A DNA stretch of 63,383 nucleotides, the filler included, from Aduncisulcus paluster (lineage: Eukaryota): assembly GCA_024181965.1 (NCBI GenBank). It is 8 parts of 8 records of this genome, joined end to end, with 100 filler letters (N's around TTAATTAATTAA, not from the genome) between each part and the next. Parts side by side here need not be neighbours in the genome. Positions count along the whole stretch, not along the records: positions 21,589 to 34,141 come from BQXS01010179.1; 7 more parts are not named here. One strand, given 5' to 3'. Positions 22,325-34,241 of this stretch are shown here, piece after piece. A program made the position numbers and the translations under genes. The stretch's first letter is position 1, and every line of letters starts with the position of its first letter. Under the pieces are notes generated by a model. That model was not told the DNA's origin. It did not search any database and saw only the letters and a program-made list of their open reading frames with translations.

Positions 22325-25300
22325 TTATAAATAAAAAGTCCAATTAAAACATTTTCTGTAAGAATCACTTAGGGGAGAGAAGATATTTCCTTCTTCTGCC
22401 CATTTTGCCAGTTCCCCGCGAACAACATTTCGAACGAGTCCACATTGAGAAGAATAAACAAATCTTGAAGTGATCGCTCCACTCTTCATACTCTTTTGTA
22501 GGTCATTCTTCCAGTTCTGCCCTTTTCTTGTTGCAGCCATAAGTACACCATGAACACTGACCATAATTATGGCAATGGCATGTGACAGAGTGTCGGCGGC
22601 GGACGACGAGGGAAATGAAAGCGGCAACGAGGATATCAGACTCCTCGAGGAAGCAGCAGAGAAAAAGGGAGGCATATGGGATCTGTGAGAAGACAATGAT
22701 GGGTTTGCCGGAACTCCTGAAGAAGAGGAAGAAGAGGCAGAAGAAGAGGCAGAAGAAGAAGGAATCTGAGATATCTGAATTCCACTTGATCCCAATAACC
22801 CACCAGAAACCATGGAAGGGGGAGGAGGAGATGCTGAAGAAGAGACCAATGTGGAAGAGGAGAGTGCACTGGAAGAGAGGAAAGAAGGAGATTTAGACAT
22901 TCCGGCATTCTTCCAAAGTGTGCCATCAGGCCCCACATCATCATTCCCAAGACCAATACTCTCAGAGCTAATGTGGAGATGATTGCACATGGCTAATCTG
23001 AAATCTTCTTCCTTGCAACCTTCGATCAGTGTCAATAGATTCCCAAATCCGTGTAACTCGAATAAGAAAGGGAACAAATGAGGCNNNNNNNNNNNNNNNN
23101 NNNNAGAAGAAGAGGCAGAAGAAGAAGGAATCTGAGATATCTGAATTCCACTTGATCCCAATAACCCACCAGAAACCATGGAAGGGGGAGGAGGAGATGC
23201 TGAAGAAGAGACCAATGTGGAAGAGGAGAGTGCACTGGAAGAGAGGAAAGAAGGAGATTTAGACATTCCGGCATTCTTCCAAAGTGTGCCATCAGGCCCC
23301 ACATCATCATTCCCAAGACCAATACTCTCAGAGCTAATGTGGAGATGATTGCACATGGCTAATCTGAAATCTTCTTCCTTGCAACCTTCGATCAGTGTCA
23401 ATAGATTCCCAAATCCGTGTAACTCGAATAAGAAAGGGAACAAATGAGGCTGTGTGAGGATCAAATTGGCAGAGAGAGACAAAGAGTGTGCAGTGTAACC
23501 AAGGCTTGATAGAGTGTGCAAGAAAGGCATCGATTCCTTGAAGAATCGCATCTCGGGTGAGATTGGAGTGGGAGATTGCATCCTTGGCCTGGAATGAGGT
23601 CCAGGATATTGACGGAAGATGTGATCAGAAGGAGAGTTATGGGTGGCCATGTACAAAGGATTTGACCCATCTTTCATGGATCCTCTTACCTTGGATAGCA
23701 CAGACGCCCTATCCTTCACTCGATTGGGTGAGAATGTCACAAGAGTGTCACGTTCCACCGCGTCCACTGGCTTGCAGTTGAGATATATCCTCTTGAGAAG
23801 TCCATGGATGTTGTCATCTTTAATGCCATTGACATGCAAAAAGGAGTAAAGGACAAGAAGACGCTCGGCACAGTCGTTCACAAACTCCTTATGGGAAGGG
23901 AATAGCGAGAGAGAGATACGAGCAGGTACAGCAGCACCCCATACAAACAGACAACAAAACACACTGAGTCCCTCAGCAAAATATCCCCTGGCTCCATCAA
24001 GATTGCCACTAACACACATCCATTCCGCAGTCGACAGCAGAGCAGTGATGTACTCCACTGCTGAACCGTGAGCATAAGCCTCTTCTACACATTCCACACT
24101 GAGATCCACCATGTTCAAAGGAGAGACGACAGCAAGGCCAGGGAAGGACACACGAGTGTGTGAGGAGAGAGAGACAGATGATGATGCAGAAGAGAGGGCT
24201 GTGTTCCCAACTCCATTCATACCCTTTCTAACAGAGGGAGTTGATTGTTCGCTCACGATCGTCACATGTGGCGATAGTCCAGAGAACGATGCTCTACGCT
24301 CTCCACGAACACCCATCCCTCCCCTTCTCAACAACGTCGTCACGCTCACACTCTCACAACTGTCAACACTGTCGGTATGGGGCTCTGTGTGAGATGAAGA
24401 GAACGATACACCTCGTTCTTTGTCACTCGTAGAGCCATCACGGTCTTTGTCATGGAGTCCATTCTGTCCGTTGGGTGAGGTAGCCCAGTCAACATCTCCT
24501 TGAAGTTCATCAGTCTCGCCAGCTTTCGAGGAATACACATGACGTGCAGATCCAAACTCTCCATTCTCAGTATCAATTCGAGAAGGAGTAGTTGAGATTG
24601 ACACCTTTCGATGAGATAGTTGTCTATGTTCATCTTCAGCATCAGGGAAGGAATCGAGGTCACATTCGATACTTGATTGCCTGGTTTTGAGCTCTCCACT
24701 CCATCCCCCAGCCCTCTCACGTGGTGCGGGAAGAAAGCAAGATGATTTATACACTGAGCCAGGGAGAAGAGGCATCGATGGAGAGAAGGAACTTGTAGAG
24801 GAAGAAGACGAAGAGGGATGTCTCTCGTGGTATGAAAGCTCAGCTTCTTCAAGAGCATTATTGCCGCCCATCAGGTATGATACTGGATTAGGCATGGAAC
24901 CTTCAGACCTCTCCTCTTCTTCAAGCTGCATAACGCTACCAGAGGTGTTATCAGGCGATACAATCACAGGTGAAGTGGGAGCACCGTGGGAAGAAGCAGC
25001 ACCGATGGTGGAAGGGAAGGCACCGCCACTCGTTCCAAGAGACAAGTCTCCCTTCCGTGAAGAAGCACCCACTTGTGCCCGACCCATGTATGAGGTAGGC
25101 ATTGTGGTGAATAAAGAGTTCACATCCATCTGTCTGTGAGCATGTGAAATACCCATAGCGGAAAGAGATGATATGGCACTGACAGGGGAGGAGGCGGATT
25201 CACCTCTCGTTCCATCTGTTGGAGATATCGTTGAAGAGGAAGAGAGGAGCATCTTCTTGTTATCGTAGGTGGGGGAATATATGCCAAAACCAACTGAAGG

Positions 25301-28300
25301 GAACACAATGTTTTTGCCTTTCCTTATTCCACCATAGTATTCCATGGAACTGTGCAGATCAGAGGCAGACGTAGGGGCAGTCTGTGGATTGGGCTGGTCT
25401 TCAGGGGGAAGACCTCCATCAGAAGAAACACCCTCACTACTTTTGGAGGCGGAATCATACACTCCACTTCCACGTCTTGTCTGATCCGATTTAGTTGTGC
25501 CATGAATACATAGAACATTGAATGAATGTCTACCGATAATGTCAGTGACAACACTTCGAGAAACGGCAACGCCACCGTCCCAGCCGACAGTTTCGCAGGT
25601 AGAACACACACGGGAGAAGAAGTGGAGCATAAATGACACCGCTGAGGCAGGAGAGAGTGACAATGTGAGTGAAGGGAAGAGCGAGGGATGTAATGGAGGA
25701 GGAAGAGCAGCCTTGGAACCTGGAGATGAAGGTTCAGACAGATTGGATGAACCAGATCCAGGGCTGGACGTAAGTGGAAGAAGATCACGATGGTGTGGCC
25801 GAATCTTCTGAGAGAATAGATCCTTCGGCATGGCGGCACTGGAGGTGAGATGGGGAGACGGAAGACCATGGATGGTCTCAGTGGATTTTGATATAGAGTG
25901 GGGATGGATCTTTGAGTCAGAATACCCTCCACCACGTTCCCTTCCAGAGCCTCGGNNNNNNNNNNNNNNNNNNNNGGGAAGAGCGAGGGATGTAATGGAG
26001 GAGGAAGAGCAGCCTTGGAACCTGGAGATGAAGGTTCAGACAGATTGGATGAACCAGATCCAGGGCTGGACGTAAGTGGAAGAAGATCACGATGGTGTGG
26101 CCGAATCTTCTGAGAGAATAGATCCTTCGGCATGGCGGCACTGGAGGTGAGATGGGGAGACGGAAGACCATGGATGGTCTCAGTGGATTTTGATATAGAG
26201 TGGGGATGGATCTTTGAGTCAGAATACCCTCCACCACGTTCCCTTCCAGAGCCTCGGGGACTAACAAGCTCCCCGCTGCTTCTCTGAGCCACATTATCCC
26301 TGTCAAGCATTCCCATGCGAGGAACAGACATGGACATGTTTCTCTTCCGACGGTCACGTGCATTATGGATCACCATGTGGCTTTTTCTAGGTTGTGTGGC
26401 CTCCCGATGAGCTTTTGTAAGCTCAAGGACTTGGATTATTGGGGCCAAATGAGAGGAATTAGAAAGGTGGGTGACCAATGATATTGGATTCTGAGGAACA
26501 AGAGGATTTAAAATGGAAACATAGGTATCTTGACGTTGTGATGATCCAGAAGCAGGCGAAGGGGACTGAACTCCATCTCGATGATGCCCTGCTGTAGCTT
26601 CTTCACCAAGGAAAGTGTTCTTGTCACGTTTGTTTTGTTGTTCTTCAGTGGCATCACTAACGGTTCGAACATGTCCATATGTCGATTGCAAGTCACCACC
26701 AAGACCAATATCCCTTCCATCCCCAGAGAATCTACGGTGAGTGTCATCGATACCCGGTACTGCAGCTTCCACCTGTTCCACGTGCTTCTCCTTATCCCAG
26801 ACTCCTACCTTCTTACACATCTTGCTGTACAAATATAGATGCTGTACAAGCATTGTAGCATATAATGGGGTTGATCCGTAGAAGGATAGCCATTCACAGG
26901 TTGACTCGCAGACCCCGAGGGAGGAGAGAGGGTTGAAGTAAGGTGACCCAAGAAGATGGAGAGAGAGTAGCAATGCATAGGAAGTCACGAGACCTGGATG
27001 GAACAAGAGGGAAGGAATTGTCTTGGTCCTTGGAGAAAGAGAACCGCGAAGAGCATGGGATATGGTGTTAATGGACCGAGCTAGTTTGCTAAACCGAACA
27101 GAGGAGAGACCTCCAGGGTTGGTGTCGATAATATCTGTCCCTGTCTTGATCTTCCTGCATGTCTTACCACTTACACAGGATCTTTCTCCACAACGATGCT
27201 TTCCACAGCGACATCCGGTATAAGAAGTATTGTAACAGGCCAAACCACAGCCACTCACCCATTCCCAGACCCTTTCCTCAGCCTTCTTAAACTCTCTCTC
27301 CCGTACCATCTCACATTCTCCCCCTACTTGATGCAGTGTCATAAGAAGAAGGGACAGACGGGCAGATAGACGCAAGGTCGGGGGATGAGAGGGCAATACG
27401 GGCAAAGATAGCTCAAGATCACGAATAGTCTGGGAAGAAGCATCATTGGGAGTGCCAATGGGACGGATCGAAGGAGAAGAAGCCCTTAAATCTGATGATT
27501 TTAAATTCGTGGATTCCTTTGTTGATTTCCGGGTCGATTTCTTCTCCCTCCTTTCTCTTTTCTCTCTCTTCTCTCTTCTCTTCTCTTCCTTCCTGCGTTC
27601 CTTCAAGGCCAGTGCCCTTTCTTTCTCTTTCTTCTTATCTTTGATTTCCTTCATGTATAAATCTCTCTCGGACATGCCTTCCCTTCTCATCTTCTCGATC
27701 AAGTCTTGTTGTTTCCTCTCTTGGCGGATCTGAGAGTCCTTCATCCTCCCTTCCTCGAGACGAGTGATCCATTTCACCATACGCTCGATCCTCCCGGCGC
27801 CACCGTATCTCCTTACACCGGAGTAACATCCCTCACAGCCCACCCAGATACACACACGCTCCTTGTTACTTTCAGTGTGTGCCTGATGCGACAACGAGTG
27901 CGTGCTCGATGGTGGAGGGGAAGGTAGGAAGGAAGGCAAAAGATGGGGAACACGATCATACGGTTTAATGGATGAATTCTTACCGGTTGTAACCGGTTTG
28001 GACGATAACTGTGATTGGACTGATTGACTTGTGTCCGCATCACTCCGGTACTGCTGTTGCGGAAGAGGAGGTGGCATTCGTTTTGGAGGAGAAGGAGATC
28101 GTTCACTCGAACAGTATATAGAGGTAGATCTATCTGTGGGATCGTCACTCACATCGACTCTCCCACTCACATCGACTCCACGGATATCAGTGCCATTTAT
28201 CTTCACATTCTTCACATTGATTGCACTCTGTGGAGCTTCAAAAGAGAGCCTAGATGAGCCAGAAGCGTGTGAGGAATAAGAGTAAGAAGAATGTGAGGGC

Positions 28301-31300
28301 TGCTTTGTGGTTGGTTGTCCTCCCATTCGAAACACATGACCAGGGATCTTGGCCAATGTTTCAAGCTCATATTTCTCCTCAATACGAGCATATTTCTGCA
28401 CAACATCCATTTCGGCCAATAAACGACTTCCGAGGAGCATGGATTCACCGTATTCTCCTTCCCCCTCACATGCACTGAGAGAGAGGCAGAGAGAGAGAGC
28501 AGATCGAAGAGTACTAAAGAGAGAGGAAAGGGTCGATGGATGGGGAGTTTCAAGGAAGAAATATGGAGTTGGAACTCCGTGGACACAAGAAGACGAGGAA
28601 GAGGCCGTAGTTGATCCCGCCGATGAGGAAGAGAATGAAGAGGTGGGAATATGATCCCTCCAATTCAATCGCCACACAGAGTTTCTCAAATTGCGTTTTT
28701 CAATGGTGTATAAATTCGAATATTTCCCTCTACTTTGAGACGACATTGGCATGGACGGTAACGATTCTTTTCTCATCACTTTATCCAATTTAGCTCTCTT
28801 TTCTTTCTTATTCTCAAAATCAATAGCCTTCTTAGCTCGGAGCTCTCTTTCTTTCCCCAGAATAAACAGCCCATCTTTCACGACTGTTCGAAGCAAGGAA
28901 ACAGCCTCAGAGGTCTTCCCGATACCAGCTAACTTCCGGGACATCTCGATGAACACACCCAATGCCTCGACGTGTCGGTTGGAAGAACTGAGGATATTGG
29001 CAACCCCCCGAGTGGCTGAGAGGGATAACGATAGTTCCTTCTTGACAAAGAGTAGTCTCGATAGAGCAGAAAGAGAGGAAGACAGGAGACGAGAGAGGGA
29101 GGAATGCCTTGCGTGCTGGGCATACACTGTACTCGAGAGATGGGAAGAGTGTCTGCGAATGGGCATGCCAGGTTCGACAGCAATGGAGGAACCAGTGCCG
29201 CCAAGAGGTAAGGGAGACGGTGTTCTCCGATCAGGTACTTGGCTAAGAACGACAGAAGGTATCTTGGCAGAGGGATGCTTCCTATCATATGGAAGAGAGC
29301 GAGTAGTTTGATCCCTGGACTCTTCTATAACTTCACGCACGCTGGCGACACCCTCATACACACAGTGGATTGATCGTTCGAGGGATGAAGCAGAGAGAGA
29401 GAGCATATAGAGCTACAGTCCTCACTGCTGATGGGGGGAGAAGGTGAACAAGAGATTCTAATAGAAAACAAGAGTGAGGATGAGATATGAATGGACAGGC
29501 TTCACCACGAGGAGAGGTTGAACCCGAATGAGATGAAGAGTTCTTTCCAAAGATTCCAGGAGAGATTGAAGACACTGGATATGACCCAACGACGGATCCA
29601 TCACCAGCTTCACGACCTCGACTACCCCTTCTGCCTCTGGATATACACGTAGAGGCCGAATACCCACCGATACCTTGAGATTTCTTCATGTGTAGAGCAG
29701 GTGACGACTTAAATGGTGAGCTTGCAGAGTATGATACGGATGAAGGCGACATGGACGCACTCTGTTCGCAGGGAGATGAATTTGTGCTCTGATCTTGGGC
29801 TGAGCATAGAGTATCATCATTTGGGGATAATGTTGCACTCAAGGATGATTCAAACATCTGGTCAAGGATCTGTATGCTTCCGTGGTTACGACCGATCTGA
29901 TGAACTCTTTCCCTGTTCTGAGGTTTGTTCCACGATAAAGGTTCCAATGTAAGTGCATTCACACCTCTGCTGCATAAAATAACACATGACAACACAAGGG
30001 CAGCAATTGAGAGGGACCCACTTGTTGGCAGAACCCATACACACTGTGTCAGACAGTCAATTTCAACACCAGTCGGGTATAGCACAAGAGGTTTATGCAC
30101 AGGAGCTAAGAGGAGGAGGAGGAGTGACACTGGGTGGAATATGACTTGGAACATTGGAAGATGAGGGTGGATGATTCGGATGAGTGGAACTACTATATTG
30201 TACTGTACTTTTATCTGGTTTAGATTCATGTTGGTGGTGAGACGATTGTTTCAGCTCCTTGGAATCTGTGGATTTTCCATGGACATGTTGTTCGGAAGAA
30301 GATACCGTATATGAAGAAGTGTGAGAAGAAATATCAGACAAGGAAAGAGGAGTGAGAGGATCGGCACTTCCGACAGTGGTACACTCATGATGGTCAAGGG
30401 AATCAATAGAATCAATGAGAGAATGCGAATTAACCTTATTCTTCCCTTTCTTCTCCTCTTCACCCTGACTACCACCAAGAGAAGCGAATAGATTAGGAAA
30501 GGCAGTAGAAGGAGAGTCAATGACTCCGGTTTCATGTTCATCGCCTTCAAAGGAGACAAAACCATTCGATTTCGATGAATCTTTAGTCGTCTTGCTTCCA
30601 AGCTGTTTCTCTCTGTCTTCTTTCTCCTTCATGAGTGTTGATGATTTTAATAGTTCCGCTTCAAGCCTCCGTGCAGTTTCTTCCTCTTCTTCTTTCTGCT
30701 TCCGTTTCATCTCTTCCTCTTTCTTCTTTTCCACGACTACACACATAACATCCCCACAAACTTTCTGTGCTGCCGGAACAAGATCGGCGAACATGGTCCT
30801 TGTGAGACTCTCGTTCTCGAGGAATACGCCACTCACTAGCATATGGACAAGTTGAATGCACTTGGACACGTCAATAAAACTCTCATCAACGTCCTCGGCG
30901 GTCTTGAGAACACGGCCAATGAGTTTCAGGAACTCAAGTCTTGCCGTCGAAGGGAACTTGGAACATTCGGATAGACAGAGAAGCTGAACACAGAGATCTA
31001 GACAGACCATAACACATGCTTCTTGGCCCTTCTGCATTGTATTGCTTCGTTGGAGTTCACGGCAGAGGGTTTGAATGTGATGCTGAAGACTATGTTCACC
31101 TCCAATCCATCTCTTCACACCATCTTCTTCACTGGACTCCTCAAGGGAAGTCAAAGAGGAGAGATGGGGACCAGCCCCATGGGAATGGATCGCACGAATA
31201 AGAGATGGCTTGGAATCAGGGGAAGAATTCGAGCCAACATTTGGAAGTGAAGAGGAAGAAGAGGAAGAAGAGGAAGAGCTAGAAGAACTTGAGGTGGGCA

Positions 31301-32894
31301 TGGTGTCTTTTCTCTTCTTCGGATCGCGCACAAGGACACGTTTCCCGTTGTGATCGAGTGTGACAACCCCATTGAAAGAATTCTTGGATCCAGACATACC
31401 TTGGAGTTGTTCCCTCCTCATCAATACATTTAAACATTCTTTTACCATGCCCCGAGATGGAATATATTCACAGAATTTGCTGGCATGCTCATACACACGC
31501 CAGTATAACGTTGAAAGCCCGAAGAAAGTCGGTCTCCGCCTCTTCATGCTTGCAGTTTGGATTCGTCTAAACAAGGAAGGTGGCGGAGTATTTGAGGAAT
31601 CAAGGGGGGCCAAAGGGAGATGATGAAGACCCGAGGCTGATCGTGGCAATGTATTATGTTGCTGCCGACGATGAATGATCCGGAGAGCGGAAGAAGTATG
31701 TTGTGAAGAATGCATTGAAGGAGGTGTGGGGCCAGTTGGCGATGATGATGACTCTGTGGCTACCGATGAAGAAGTTTGGGGAGCTGTGAGACCACTGACA
31801 CCACTGATTGGCTTGGGTTCAATAAGTTTTGAGGCAGGCTGAATGTGAATGTCAGGAGATATCTTAACTTGTCGTTGGGGATTATGTTGCTCTTCTTTGG
31901 GCATGGATAGCCCCGAATGATCTATTTCAATGGGATCGTGTATTTTGTTTGACTCCAATGTAAGATGAGGCGAGTCGGATGATACATTGCCGGAACTCTT
32001 TTTAATAATTCCAAATGGATGTTCAAGCCACCTTTCCATATCCTTTAGCTCAACGGGAGGACGCATTCCGTGAACTGGAATAGGGTAAAAAGTATATGTC
32101 CGGTGAGTTGAAGGATGTGCGGATGAAGAAGGATGAGGGGGAGACTTCGACACTCCATAGCTATCCAAACCTGCAGGAAGGGAATCTTTTGATGGAATAG
32201 ATGTCATATGAGACAAAGAATTCTCAACTTCAGTTACGGTTTTAGCAAGCGATGTGGAAAGCATATGAGATTTTCTAATCTGAGTGTTTGTAGGATTATC
32301 CTCTTCAATATCGGATAAAACAAATGTTTGAAATAATGAATGGGCCGATTGAGATGATTCTATATCCCATGACGACTCCTCTTCGGGCCATGATGACGAA
32401 GAAGACTCTTCTTCTTCAATAACTCCAATTTCATCAATTGGAGATGGATGTTCATCACTAAAATCTCTTTTTATCTGACTATCCAGCTCTTCAACCTTTA
32501 TATCTTCAATAGAAGGTGGGTTTGAACTGCTATCTTCAGAATCGAATGGAGGAGTTTTTTGTTTTGATTGAATTTTATGATGAGGCGATGAACCATCGCC
32601 ATCAGACCAAGAATCTGCGGCGAAAAAACATTGTTCCCCCTCAGATGTATCTTTTTTATGTTGATCTGTTGGAATGGAAGTTGAATGTAATGATTGAGAC
32701 ATATTTTTTGATGTTGAAGAATGAGATGGCATTTCTATAGATGGAATTTCAGCTTTAGTAAAATCTAAATCTTCGAATTCATCGTCCCAACATTCAATCT
32801 GTGCTTCTTCTACAATTCCTATAATTTGCCGATGATCATTTCCAATTTCTTTTATATCTTCATATGGAAGTTCATCACTATCATAATGACTCAT
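22325..32894 (-). CDS. Giant Ser-rich hypothetical protein (about 3300 aa if joined), interrupted by two +1 frame changes and two gap duplications
   Basis: ORFs 30093-32894, 29354-30229, 25324-29406 and 22325-25831 overlap with uniform coding-like composition and no AT-rich spacers. Gaps 23085-23104 and 25956-25975 have duplicated flanks. Confidence 0.7.
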
Positions 32895-33328
32895 ATTATG
32901 GTCTCATCGAAGGAAAAAACTCACCAAATCGTTTCTGCTTCCAATTCAATAACATTCATTTTTTTTGATAACTTAAATAATATATTACTTTGATAATTTA
33001 ATCATTTAAGTTATTTTTTCTCTTGAACCAATGGTGTTCGTGGCCATAGTGGTCTTCACTGCCTTATCCTTTTTCCCACCAATATTTTTATTAAAATCAT
33101 TTTTTAATTTTGTTTAACGGTCATATTTACGATTAAATTGTGGTGAAAATGCGTATTTTATTCTCTATTTCACTCTTTTCTGTTATCTCATTAATCCATC
33201 TTATTCGTTGCATAAAATAATTTAAACCTTTTTTCACATGAAGTAAATAATATTTTTTTTATTTCTATGCATTTGTAAATTCGCAAAAAAAATTCATCCC
33301 GACAATTTTGTCATTTGGAGAAGCAATC

Positions 33329-34141
33329 ATGGATAAAACGCCGGTAGATATTGTATGAATTGACTCAAATCCTTATTTTTAATAATATTATCCATTTTTA
33401 ACCAAAATTTATGAATTATTTCGCCCTTTATGATTTATTCTTTCTTAATCATGCTTTTTGTTTAATAGATCAATGATTTTCCTGTTGTTGTAGACGATGT
33501 TACACATTACATTGCTCAATTTCTGTATAATTATTGCCATGACAAAGATGTCGAATTTGAAGCTAGGATTGGTACTCTTCGAAAAACTACAGAATCGATG
33601 ACATTTGAAGAGAAAGAACTGATTACTGAGAATATTCGTACTTCTTTTGCTGGAAAACAAATCTCTGATACCGAAGAAACCACAAGAATACAATGTGAAG
33701 CTCGATCTGAGGCCATAATTTGCATTGATCCTGACATGAAATTCTCCCCCTTAACACATCCTGATAATCCAAAATCCAAGGATCAATTTGAATTAGATGA
33801 TGACATTGATGAACAGGTCAGACACTATCGTTTTGTCCCTGGTGTTGATGAAATGTCTTTTAGAAAGATTCAACGCAAATTAAATCGACAAAGGAAGGCA
33901 AGTTTACATGTTTGGGGTAAAGTTGATGATATTAAAAAGGAAATGATGGAGAGAAAGAAAGAAAAGATCCTCCTTCGCAAAAGCCAACAGAGTGAAGCTG
34001 ATAAGAAGATAAAAGAAGAAATTGATGAAGGATATGAAGAGGAAGATTATGCCAAATCTGAAGAAGAGATGAGAGAATCGCCTCTTTCCGATGTTGGTTT
34101 TGGAGGCGAAGAAGAGGAAGAACAATGGGGATTTTTTGATG
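33329..34141 (+). CDS. Cet1-type mRNA 5'-triphosphatase (triphosphate tunnel metalloenzyme), spliced, 3'-truncated
   Basis: Exon 1 33329-33352, intron 33353-33468 (GTATGA...TAG), exon 2 in frame with ORF 33598. The joined protein has VDDVTHYIAQFLYNYCHDKDVEFEARIGTL (motif A ExExR/KxG), RIQCEARSEAII and RFVPGVDEMSFRKIQRKLN. Confidence 0.75.
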
Positions 34142-34241
34142 NNNNNNNNNNNNNNNNNNNNNNNNNNNNNNNNNNNNNNNNNNNNTTAATTAATTAANNN
34201 NNNNNNNNNNNNNNNNNNNNNNNNNNNNNNNNNNNNNNNNN

